23,389 bases of DNA from a virus. The stretch lies in the IMG/VR virus record IMGVR_UViG_3300037307_000339; one strand, written 5' to 3'. Both the position numbers and the translations under genes were made by a program. Below, in pieces: positions 1-7,428 of this stretch; within the stretch, counting starts at the first letter, position 1, and every line of letters begins with the position of its first letter. The notes below the pieces were generated by a model that was given only the letters and a program-made list of their open reading frames with translations, made no database searches and had not been told where the DNA came from.

Positions 1-106
1 TTCTGAATGGTGTCGTCCTTGAAACGTTCCTGGCATTCCTTTGAACCAAGGAGAAGGTGTCCCTTTCATTCCTTTGTTCCAAGGTGTTGATCCTTTCTTT
101 GCCATC

Positions 107-562
107 CTAATTCATGTCATTGTGAGATTCTGGTAAAAACGTTGGTGGCTCAAAATGCCATGGATTCTGACACGTTCTATAGGATGAGTCTCTCCAGTCA
201 TCCCATTGCCACCACCATAGTCCTATCACCGCAGGAATGGCAGCAGGACCACTGCCCAGTATGACACCCACATTCCAAAGTGCGGCGCTATAACCTATTC
301 CAGTCAATGCCCATAGCCCATTCGTGCAATACGGGTCAGGTAAGAACTTAACAGCTTGTGTCACGCCCAACTTAACCGCGAACATCTCAGGTATCGTTAG
401 GTGTGCCATAAGTGGATTGCCTTCACTGAACCCTTGCTGGAATGCCGCGTAGGTACTCAACACATCAGCACTTTGCCCTCTATCTGCTGTCGCACATCCT
501 GCTACAATTGCGGCGGCTAACAGTGCAGCGACAATCGATTTGTATCTTTTCTGTTGAATCAT
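107..562 (-). CDS. putative lipoprotein / secreted protein (151 aa)
   Basis: ORF with basic N-terminus, hydrophobic stretch and lipobox-like AGCA (MIQQKRYKSIVAALLAAAIVAGCA). Confidence 0.6.
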   Translation of the reverse strand: MIQQKRYKSIVAALLAAAIVAGCATADRGQSADVLSTYAAFQQGFSEGNPLMAHLTIPEMFAVKLGVTQAVKFLPDPYCTNGLWALTGIGYSAALWNVGVILGSGPAAIPAVIGLWWWQWDDWRDSSYRTCQNPWHFEPPTFLPESHNDMN

Positions 563-585
563 ATTTCCTCACAAAATGAGTTATG

Positions 586-915
586 TTATTTTGGACCGTG
601 CTTAACTTGCTCTTCAGGTGTACCTGGACGATCTTGGATTTCAGACTTATTAAAACCCGTATAGACAGGTTTGATTGTTGTCACTCTAACCCTCTTTTTA
701 GGGTTGACATGGGTGATAATATGAGCGCCGTTGCCATCGGTATCATGGCTAACGATGGTGTGTCCATTAGACTTTAGTACATTCTTATAGACAATAGCCA
801 TTTCGGTTGGAGTGCGGCGATGGTTTGAGGTGTAATTTGCTTCTGTTAGCATTTCCTCAGGATAATCATATGTTACAGTAGAAGTTTCTACGAGATACTC
901 GTCAAATGTTTTCAT
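586..915 (-). CDS. hypothetical protein (109 aa)
   Basis: ORF in the dominant coding orientation; N-terminus MKTFDEYLVE. Confidence 0.6.
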   Translation of the reverse strand: MKTFDEYLVETSTVTYDYPEEMLTEANYTSNHRRTPTEMAIVYKNVLKSNGHTIVSHDTDGNGAHIITHVNPKKRVRVTTIKPVYTGFNKSEIQDRPGTPEEQVKHGPK

Positions 916-958
916 TGGTTGTTTCCTCTATGCGGTTGAAGGATTATTGGTTACTTAT

Positions 959-1330
959 TTAACGATTGACATAGAAGATGTGTCCACCAATCTTTGTTGT
1001 AACCCTTTTATTCTTGAAGTTAGTAGTGTTTCGACAATTCCTAGAATGGAAGTATGTTGCTCCACCTGTGATGTCTTTTGAAGAGAGTGCTCTTCGAGCT
1101 ACCTCTTGTGCCACTTTCCAACTTTTATCTTTATCGCTAGGTATCTTAAATTTGTGTCTAGTCCAACTGAACTGTCCTTGTTTGAATACTTCGGTGCAGA
1201 TATCACTATAGTTCTGCTTGACTCGGTTGAGTGTAACATGCGCAACAGCGTATTGACCTTGTAGTGGCTCTCCTCTTGCTTCGTAGTAGATATTGAGCGC
1301 AAGGCAGAATAGGGCAGATTTGATAAGCAT
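959..1330 (-). CDS. SleB/CwlJ-type cell wall hydrolase, possible endolysin
   Basis: N-terminal hydrophobic segment followed by the family hallmark 'NIYYEARGEPLQGQYAVAHVTLNRV', later 'GATYFHS'. Confidence 0.85.
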   Translation of the reverse strand: MLIKSALFCLALNIYYEARGEPLQGQYAVAHVTLNRVKQNYSDICTEVFKQGQFSWTRHKFKIPSDKDKSWKVAQEVARRALSSKDITGGATYFHSRNCRNTTNFKNKRVTTKIGGHIFYVNR

Positions 1331-1496
1331 GGGCTCCTCCTTTCCATAGGAGCAGCCTATCTTGTTTTGATGTAGTCATCGACCACTCCTATATTTTACT
1401 TTATCCGTTACAGGAGGTTAGAATACGGATTAGAGCAATTTTTAAGATGACACCTCTTTGCTTCAGCGGTAAGCAGTGAGATGAGCTTTATAAAAT

Positions 1497-1570
1497 TGGT
1501 GCCAATCAGAAGAATCGAACTTCTATTTGACATTTATCGGTCGTCTGTTCTACCGTTGAACTAGATTGGC
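1497..1570 (-). tRNA. tRNA, anticodon uncertain (loop CCGATAA, GAT by position, atypical C33)
   Basis: Acceptor GCCAATC/GATTGGC, D-arm GTTC-AACGGTA-GAAC, T-arm AGAAG-TTCGATT-CTTCT, encoded ACCA; anticodon stem GACGA/ATGTC has a 31-39 A-A mismatch. Confidence 0.75.
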
Positions 1571-1751
1571 CATGTGTTCCTTAGTAATCTGATGCTTTAA
1601 CAATACGCACAACAAGACAGCATTTTGAGCTATAACTGATTGAGACTTTTGCGCACTCACTCATCATTGAGGTCGGTACTCTCCATAAGGTTCAAAGCGA
1701 GTTGCAAGATGAGACGGTCACGTTGTTTCTTAAATCTTTCAGATTTAGTGC

Positions 1752-1895
1752 TTATCGACCCTGACCCCTATACGGCTTCTTGATGCGTTTGTCATTCTTC
1801 GTCTTGTAGCGAGTATTCTTACTTGCGCCGTCACTTGTCTTCTTTGGAACGGATTCTTTCTTCACATTCGCAACTTGTGTTTTCGCTTTAGCCAT
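1752..1895 (-). CDS. small basic protein, 47 aa (MAKAKTQVANVKKESVPKKTSDGASKNTRYKTKNDKRIKKPYRGQGR)
   Basis: Below the ORF-track size cut-off; complete ATG..TAA with GAGGAG Shine-Dalgarno upstream. Confidence 0.6.
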   Translation of the reverse strand: MAKAKTQVANVKKESVPKKTSDGASKNTRYKTKNDKRIKKPYRGQGR

Positions 1896-1960
1896 CTCGT
1901 CTCCTCATTCAGGTTGTTAGTCTACAATCTTGCCCACTTTCTCAAGCGCGGAGGAATCGA

Positions 1961-1987
1961 ACCCCTGACATCAACTTAAAATGATTG
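1961..1987 (-). pseudogene. isolated tRNA T-arm/acceptor-like segment
   Basis: AGGGG-TTCGATT-CCTCC then GCGCTTG on the minus strand, without a convincing D-arm or full acceptor partner upstream. Confidence 0.25.
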
Positions 1988-2080
1988 GGCACGGTGAAGT
2001 ATTTGCTAGGTTTCAGTGACCATCGCTTTCCATTCTCCGTTTACTATCCACACCCAACCGTCGGCATTCTTATTTATTAG

Positions 2081-2153
2081 TGAGATGTACTGGAATCGAA
2101 CCCGCAACCCCAACCCTGTCGAAGTTGCGCTCTACCAAGTAAGCTAACGACTT
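2081..2153 (-). tRNA. degenerate tRNA-like sequence (anticodon loop TCGACAG; GAC by position)
   Basis: D-arm TA-GCTT-ACTTGGTA-GAGC, anticodon stem CAACT/GGTTG, T-loop TTCGATT; acceptor AAGTCGT/ACATCTC pairs at only about 4 of 7 positions and the T-stem has a mismatch. Confidence 0.45.
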
Positions 2154-2258
2154 AAAACACTACTCGGTAGCACCGAGAAAAGTCGATAATCATCACTCAC
2201 CTGTTGTATAAGCGATGAAAGGAACGGGTATGACGGGGTTTGCTTACGTTGTGACCAC

Positions 2259-2286
2259 CGTATGATACACGATGAGAGGATGTCAA
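2259..2286 (-). promoter_or_regulatory. sigma70-like promoter (weak -10)
   Basis: Minus strand TTGACA - 16 nt - CATACG followed by GGTCACAACGTAAGCAAAC, shared with other intergenic copies. Confidence 0.4.
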
Positions 2287-2480
2287 GCCTTATTTTGGAA
2301 AATTTTACCTTCAGGTAGGGCGTATGCAAGCTCGCCATCGATTCTCAAGGGAGCATAATACTTATCGACTTTGGGGCTGGTGACATCGATTACAACAGGA
2401 ATCTTATATCCGTTGAACACGATATGGGGAATAAACCCCTCAGATGTCATCGTTCCATTTTTGCACGTGGTCTCACTCAT
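2283..2480 (-). CDS. hypothetical protein (65 aa)
   Basis: ORF in the dominant orientation. Confidence 0.5.
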   Translation of the reverse strand: MSETTCKNGTMTSEGFIPHIVFNGYKIPVVIDVTSPKVDKYYAPLRIDGELAYALPEGKIFQNKA

Positions 2481-2599
2481 TGTTATAACCTCTTTATAAA
2501 GTGGTGCCCATAAGCTAAAGGGGAAAAATGCAAAGTAGTCCTTGTGGATTCGATCTACTAGTCAATCCTATCGCCTGCCAAGGACTTCTTTGCGGTTGT

Positions 2600-2719
2600 C
2601 TATTGCGCTAATGCTTCTATAGCCTGCTCAACTGTTTTGAACACAAACTGAACGCCAGCTTGAGTGGCAATGACTTTGTTAGGCAGAATAGTGATAGTAA
2701 AGCCGTTGAAACGGAACAT
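2600..2719 (-). CDS. small hypothetical protein, 39 aa (MFRFNGFTITILPNKVIATQAGVQFVFKTVEQAIEALAQ)
   Basis: Below the ORF-track cut-off; strong GGAGG Shine-Dalgarno 5 nt upstream of ATG. Confidence 0.6.
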   Translation of the reverse strand: MFRFNGFTITILPNKVIATQAGVQFVFKTVEQAIEALAQ

Positions 2720-2733
2720 AAGCACCTCCTGGT

Positions 2734-3030
2734 CTACAATGAAGTAAAGAGACCCGTATAAAGTGTGAACATATCTTGCAGTTGCTCGACATAGACTCCC
2801 GTCACCCTAGTTGCAGTCTGCGGAAGCTGTCTGACCATTTTGACAAAATCGATACTATAGGTGTCGTTCTCGTCAAGGGTTACTCGCACCCACCGGATGC
2901 CCTTAGCGTTGCGCGGCAATGTCATTGACAGTGAGGTTGGATCATAGCTAATGTTTTTGGCTCCCGTCATTACAAGGAACCGATTACCACCGAGTTGGGC
3001 TAAGATGGTCGCCGCACACTTAGAAATCAT
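2734..3030 (-). CDS. hypothetical protein (98 aa)
   Basis: ORF with a strong promoter (3065-3092) just upstream. Confidence 0.65.
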   Translation of the reverse strand: MISKCAATILAQLGGNRFLVMTGAKNISYDPTSLSMTLPRNAKGIRWVRVTLDENDTYSIDFVKMVRQLPQTATRVTGVYVEQLQDMFTLYTGLFTSL

Positions 3031-3064
3031 CTTGCTTGCTCCTGTTTACTAACTTTGTGACTAT

Positions 3065-3092
3065 AGTATAGCACACTTCGAGTGGATGTCAA
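3065..3092 (-). promoter_or_regulatory. sigma70-like promoter
   Basis: Minus strand TTGACA - 16 nt - TATACT, then ATAGTCACAAAGTTAGTAAACAGGAG leader. Confidence 0.8.
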
Positions 3093-3123
3093 GCTTTTTT
3101 TTGAACTGGCCCAAAAAATATTT

Positions 3124-3381
3124 TCACAACGCTGTGACATTCTTGTCCAAAAAATAATATCGGTCGTTGTATTCGTTTTTGAGTACGAACTTTTTTACAA
3201 GTCCCTGCATTGCTTTCGCAAAAGCAATCTCCGTCATCAGTGGAACATTATCTAACCTTTGCTGGTTAATCACTTTGCTGTACAGCCAGTAAAAATTGAA
3301 AGGAAGGTGCGGATCAGGCAACTCTTCCTTGTTTTTTAGATGCTGATATATAGTGTACTCATTGATTGAGAAACTTAGCAT
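3124..3381 (-). CDS. hypothetical protein (85 aa)
   Basis: ORF in the dominant orientation. Confidence 0.6.
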   Translation of the reverse strand: MLSFSINEYTIYQHLKNKEELPDPHLPFNFYWLYSKVINQQRLDNVPLMTEIAFAKAMQGLVKKFVLKNEYNDRYYFLDKNVTAL

Positions 3382-3393
3382 AGCATTAGTCTT

Positions 3394-4548
3394 TTACTCT
3401 GCCGCCCCCTTGAGAGAGGAAATCACAGGAGTGCTTTCAGGCTTAATCCTGTGCCTTAAGAATGTCGTAACCGTACCCGTCATAGGATGCTTGTGTTGGA
3501 ACTCGATAGAATTGTTGCCCGACTTCTTTACAGTGATATTCTGGTGGTCATTAAGGATATGGTCGTGATGAGTCTCTGGGTGCTCTATTGTGACAGAGTT
3601 GTTGTTTCCAGTACCGCCAGTGGTAACCTTGTACATCGGTGTCTTGGTTGGTGTGGCACGTAATAGATTCTTGCGAATATGGTCACTGAGTGCTTTGCTG
3701 TCCATACCTTGCAGTTTTTCATACCACTCGTCTCTGATCTTGCCAATCGCTTTAACGCTTATCTCTTCAGCAGATTTCCTAATCATCTCATTTTTAGGAT
3801 GCTTGATGATTGTATTTTGTTCAGATCGTGTCTTTCCTTTAAGTTCTGAGTGTCTGTTCTCTAACTCTTTGCGGGCATTCTCGTAATGGTCTTCGTGAGT
3901 AGCGTCGTCTCCACTACGTTTGATTCCCAATTGCTCATCCGTTTGTTTGGCACCAGGATTACTGACAGAAACATGACCATGCTTCTTCTGTGCGACTTTC
4001 AACGAATAGCCAACATGCTTGTTATTGCCTGCCTTGTCTTTGTAGCGAACCATGATATCAGCGGGGTTCTCTTGCTGTGACTCTTCGTGACCCGATACTC
4101 TTTTGATGTCACCAGGTTTAGAGGTCCAATGAGTTTGCCCACCCGTCTTAAGATGCTCTCTGTCTACATCGTTCTGACTGGATACATGACGATGAATGGC
4201 TTGTGCTGTTGCAACGGCAAGATTGTGAGCATTGTGATATTCAGGTGAATTGACCCCTCCAATCTTCTCTACAATCTTGTCGTGTTGCTCTTTGGCTGCG
4301 GGAGACATATGGTGACCGTGCTCGCTGTTATGACTCCAAAGCCTATTCAGCTCACGTCCTACGAGATGCTCGTGGATCACGCCTTTATCGTTAGATGAAA
4401 GCCTGCTTTCTTTGTCATCCTCATTTAAAATGAAATTTTTGAATGATATCATTGAATTGTCCTCTACAAAATGGTGGTTTGTTATACTATTTATCCAATC
4501 GTAGACGGACATTCTCTTTGCAAAGTTATGTCTAGACCTATAGTCCAT
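3394..4548 (-). CDS. phage protein of unknown function, possible PD-(D/E)XK-like fold (384 aa)
   Basis: Long ORF; segment 'PADIMVRYKDKAGNNKHVGYSLKV' resembles a D...(E/S)xK nuclease core, but this is weak evidence only. Confidence 0.75.
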   Translation of the reverse strand: MDYRSRHNFAKRMSVYDWINSITNHHFVEDNSMISFKNFILNEDDKESRLSSNDKGVIHEHLVGRELNRLWSHNSEHGHHMSPAAKEQHDKIVEKIGGVNSPEYHNAHNLAVATAQAIHRHVSSQNDVDREHLKTGGQTHWTSKPGDIKRVSGHEESQQENPADIMVRYKDKAGNNKHVGYSLKVAQKKHGHVSVSNPGAKQTDEQLGIKRSGDDATHEDHYENARKELENRHSELKGKTRSEQNTIIKHPKNEMIRKSAEEISVKAIGKIRDEWYEKLQGMDSKALSDHIRKNLLRATPTKTPMYKVTTGGTGNNNSVTIEHPETHHDHILNDHQNITVKKSGNNSIEFQHKHPMTGTVTTFLRHRIKPESTPVISSLKGAAE

Positions 4549-4687
4549 TCCACATTCCCTTCATCACGTTCGAGAAACGCTTTGAAGGTTTAGAGAGGCT
4601 TTTTGATGGATGTCTGACAAATTGATAAGTTGTTACGGGTTTTAAATTGCAGTCAAATGTAGACCTATCGAGCATTCAGACATGTTT

Positions 4688-4763
4688 TGGTGCCGCTAGG
4701 AGGAATCGAACCCCCGACCTTCTCATTACAAGTGAGCTGCTCTACCGTCTGAGCTATGGCGGC
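4688..4763 (-). tRNA. tRNA-Thr(TGT)
   Basis: GCCGCCA TA GCTC..GAGC A GCTCA-CTTGTAA-TGAGA AGGTC GGGGG-TTCGATT-CCTCC TAGCGGC ACCA. Confidence 0.92.
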
Positions 4764-4791
4764 AATAATCGGATATAGTATCGCATGAGAT

Positions 4792-4866
4792 TGGCATCCC
4801 AGGAAGGATTTGAACCCTCGTTGCATGGTTTTGGAGACCCGCATCGTACCGCTAGACTACTGAGAT
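4792..4866 (-). tRNA. tRNA-Trp(CCA)
   Basis: Acceptor ATCTCAG/CTGGGAT, discriminator G, encoded CCA, anticodon loop CTCCAAA, T-arm GAGGG-TTCAAAT-CCTTC. Confidence 0.88.
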
Positions 4867-4872
4867 GTTGTT

Positions 4873-4950
4873 TGGCTGAGGGGGTGGGAATCGAACCCAC
4901 CTCTATCCTAATTAACAGTCAGGCGCACTCACCTTGAGTGCTACCCCTCA
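4873..4950 (-). tRNA. tRNA-Asn(GTT)
   Basis: Acceptor TGAGGGG/CCCCTCA, D-arm GCAC..GTGC, anticodon CCTGA-CTGTTAA-TTAGG, T-arm GTGGG-TTCGATT-CCCAC, GCCA end. Confidence 0.92.
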
Positions 4951-4956
4951 ATAAAT

Positions 4957-5032
4957 TGGTCTCCATGGCAGGATTTGAACCTGCGTCCCCGCGCCCCAAA
5001 CGCGGTGCTAAACCAAGCTCAGCTACACAGAG
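4957..5032 (-). tRNA. tRNA-Pro(TGG)
   Basis: Acceptor CTCTGTG/CATGGAG, anticodon CCGCG-TTTGGGG-CGCGG, T-arm GCAGG-TTCAAAT-CCTGC, ACCA. Confidence 0.92.
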
Positions 5033-5040
5033 ATTGATAG

Positions 5041-5114
5041 GGTGCTTCCCTTAATTTCGATCCAAGCTCTGCGGATTTTCAGTCCGCTGCTTTTACCAAA
5101 TTAGCTTAAAAGGC
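5041..5114 (-). tRNA. tRNA-Phe(GAA), somewhat degenerate acceptor/T-arm
   Basis: Anticodon arm GCGGA-CTGAAAA-TCCGC; D-arm GCT-AATTTGGTAAA-AGC; T-arm CTTGG-ATCGAAA-TTAAG; no encoded CCA. Confidence 0.72.
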
Positions 5115-5121
5115 TCATCGT

Positions 5122-5209
5122 GGGTGGGTGCCCTAGGATTTGAACCTAGAGGGGACTGAGCCTACGGTTTTATAGACCGCCCCTGCTACTGTTACGAGAC
5201 TAGACACCC
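5122..5209 (-). tRNA. class II-like tRNA, anticodon ATA by position (Tyr-type?)
   Basis: Acceptor GGGTGTC/GGCACCC, anticodon GCGGT-CTATAAA-ACCGT, about 14-nt variable region, T-arm CTAGG-TTCAAAT-CCTAG. Confidence 0.72.
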
Positions 5210-5218
5210 AGGGTGTGT

Positions 5219-5548
5219 TTAAGTTAACATCAAAAACTTACCCGTTATGCTGTTCACTTTGGCTTCGAGATCGTTAGCAACAATGATGCTGCTAGGCTCG
5301 ATCTTGTGGTGACGAGTGCGCGTAAACTCTTCGACCTGGAAGTTACCATCGTCTGTAAGTATTATCCGAATCCTCACGATGCCATTTTGGTTTGGTTTCA
5401 TCAGCATTAGCATACTAGATTGTCCGTAAGCGATACTCTTAACGCCTGCCAAAAACTTTTCGCCGAGAAGAACTTTAGTAGTCGCGATTACGGTGTGCTT
5501 CATATTGCTTTCCTCATTGCTTGTTTTACTGTGCGCATAGTATAACAC
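5219..5548 (-). CDS. hypothetical protein (109 aa)
   Basis: ORF; probable internal start MKHTVIATTKVLLGEKF preceded by a Shine-Dalgarno-like GAGGAAAG. Confidence 0.65.
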   Translation of the reverse strand: MLYYAHSKTSNEESNMKHTVIATTKVLLGEKFLAGVKSIAYGQSSMLMLMKPNQNGIVRIRIILTDDGNFQVEEFTRTRHHKIEPSSIIVANDLEAKVNSITGKFLMLT

Positions 5549-6001
5549 ACTTTTTGAAAGTATTTTGGGATCTAGGATGATGTCGCTGCGTCGTTTTTTA
5601 TTTGCAGCCCTTCTGTTGGTTGTAGGTTACGGTTATCCTACTCCACCTTTTCGTAGTGGACGCCAAGTGACTTGCGGCGATGCGAGTGACCTCGTCTCGT
5701 TTGTGTAGCCCGCAGGCTCCGCATCGTCGTCTAGGCTCTGCCGCTAACTTCGTCACTCTCTGTGGAGAGCAAGTCACTCCTTTGAAAACGCTTACGGTAT
5801 AGTCAGGAACAAGTTAGTGTTCGGGTGAACCCTACTAACCTATTATCTCGCCCTCTAGGGTGGTATCAGCACCCTTTAACGTCGGCGTTCAGTCCCGACG
5901 GGTTGCTATCGAGTAGCCACTATCTGTCCGTTAGTGGCATTAAACACAGCCACGTTGACTTTCATCTCAACATACAGGATTGCAGCGTTGTAACCTTTAA
6001 G

Positions 6002-6292
6002 TCAGTCGCTAAAGGGGATGCCGTACATATCTTCGAGGTCGTCAGACGTAAGCGGGTGCGGCACGCTAGGGTTAGCTGACCCCATCCCGCCCAAACCGTA
6101 CATAGGATAGTAGTCGTCCTCATCGGGTTCGGGCACTTGAACGGTGACCAAATCTGACTTCTTGAAGATGAATTCTTGTCTAGGCATTAGCGATGTTGCT
6201 CTGATCTCTGAATCCTTTCGCATCACCCTACCACCCCATTCAAAATCCTTTCCTGGCTCTACCTCTCTAAATGGTACTCGTTTTGATGCCAT
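6002..6292 (-). CDS. hypothetical protein (96 aa)
   Basis: ORF; sequence 'KRVPFREVEPGKDFEWGGRVMRKDSEIRA...VTVQVPEPDEDD' appears to be a genuine acidic soluble protein. Confidence 0.65.
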   Translation of the reverse strand: MASKRVPFREVEPGKDFEWGGRVMRKDSEIRATSLMPRQEFIFKKSDLVTVQVPEPDEDDYYPMYGLGGMGSANPSVPHPLTSDDLEDMYGIPFSD

Positions 6293-6302
6293 GCGTGTGT
6301 CC

Positions 6303-6533
6303 TCAGAATGCTCTACTGCTTGCTTGTGTGACGATACTGCCTATAAGACGATTCTTGAGCATCATAGTCGCTTCAAAAATCTCCTGACCAGTCTGACAAT
6401 AAACAGGACCTTCGGTTGCGTATACAGTTCCGTGGTTGCCAACCACACTAACCGTCACTGCGGTTCTCGGTACGATTTGATTAGACTCCTTGTCCCACAC
6501 TAACGATTTCTCAGCGTTGACTTGAATGCCCAT
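6303..6533 (-). CDS. hypothetical protein (76 aa)
   Basis: ORF in the dominant orientation, tightly packed with neighbours. Confidence 0.6.
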   Translation of the reverse strand: MGIQVNAEKSLVWDKESNQIVPRTAVTVSVVGNHGTVYATEGPVYCQTGQEIFEATMMLKNRLIGSIVTQASSRAF

Positions 6534-6538
6534 GATAG

Positions 6539-6808
6539 TTACTCGCTTCTTGTGACATTATGGGTAAGCCCGCAGTGCGGGCAGGTTATAGTCATTTCCT
6601 GATGACTGTATTTTTTGATGATCTTGCGAACTGACTTTGCTTCTTTGAGAAGCTTCTTTATCATTTTTGTATTGCGCTCATGCTTAGGCTGAGACAGCAA
6701 CCTTTTGAGGTTTTTCTTGAGCCTAGTCAGTTTATCGCGTAACGGGGCGATCATCCCCGTTACTTTGATCTCCTCAAGTTCTTCGGCTATGGGAGTCTTA
6801 TCGGTCAT
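6539..6808 (-). CDS. hypothetical protein with CPHC-type metal-binding tail (about 89 aa, start re-assigned)
   Basis: Track start at 6919 overlaps the upstream gene heavily; internal start MTDKTPIAEELEEI at 6808 fits packing. C-terminus ITCPHCGLTHNVTRSE. Confidence 0.6.
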   Translation of the reverse strand: MTDKTPIAEELEEIKVTGMIAPLRDKLTRLKKNLKRLLSQPKHERNTKMIKKLLKEAKSVRKIIKKYSHQEMTITCPHCGLTHNVTRSE

Positions 6809-7028
6809 ATTTTTGGATAACCTGCTGCATGAACCTGATAACATCCGCGCACGAAGTCTTTCCAGCCATATTGGTCTGAACGAAATCGATACACTCTGGA
6901 TATTTAGCCCTACCCTCACGCTTTACAGCCTGCTTGATGACATTAGAGGTCTTGGCGATGAGGTTATATACATCATCATGCTGTGTCATTGGAATCTCCG
7001 ATTGGACGAATGAAGCGTCTTGTTGCAC
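6798..7028 (-). CDS. hypothetical protein (76 aa)
   Basis: ORF, short overlaps with both neighbours. Confidence 0.6.
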   Translation of the reverse strand: MQQDASFVQSEIPMTQHDDVYNLIAKTSNVIKQAVKREGRAKYPECIDFVQTNMAGKTSCADVIRFMQQVIQKYDR

Positions 7029-7234
7029 TATTCACTGATACCCATTGCGTCTAACGCTGCTTTATACTCAACCTCAGTCTTGTAACGGATCATCACATTC
7101 GACCCATACAGAGTCTCTGTTCTGGCTTTAGCTTCTTTGACTGTGAGCTGTCCACAAGCGACATAATAGATCTTGCCAAGCTGCGGGTTCATGCGTTGCT
7201 TGATCCAATACGACTTTTTAGCCATCTTCGTCAC
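7028..7234 (-). CDS. hypothetical protein (68 aa)
   Basis: ORF directly downstream of promoter 7266-7294. Confidence 0.65.
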   Translation of the reverse strand: MTKMAKKSYWIKQRMNPQLGKIYYVACGQLTVKEAKARTETLYGSNVMIRYKTEVEYKAALDAMGISE

Positions 7235-7265
7235 CTACTGTTGAGTTTGCTTACGTTGTGACCAT

Positions 7266-7294
7266 AGTATAGCAAGCCAAAAACTGGAAGTCAA
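7266..7294 (-). promoter_or_regulatory. sigma70-like promoter
   Basis: Minus strand TTGACT - 17 nt - TATACT, followed by ATGGTCACAACGTAAGCAAACTCAACAG. Confidence 0.8.
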
Positions 7295-7428
7295 GCCTTT
7301 TTTCAAAAAAATCTAGGTCACGGTTTCCACAAAGTAGAACTTTGTTGCCCCTATTGAATGCCCCGCGATTGTCTTGGCTGCGAGTACGATAGACGTAATA
7401 CACCTACGGACTACCCTCTCCTTCGTCG

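Noticed and set aside
1961-2030. Second possible permuted or long-variable-arm tRNA around the isolated T-arm
   Set aside because: No perfect acceptor partner for GCGCTTG nearby in either arrangement and no recognisable D-arm; only the T-arm-like segment is supported.
6144-6503. Plus-strand 119-aa ORF
   Set aside because: Antisense shadow of the credible minus-strand ORFs 6002-6292 and 6303-6533.
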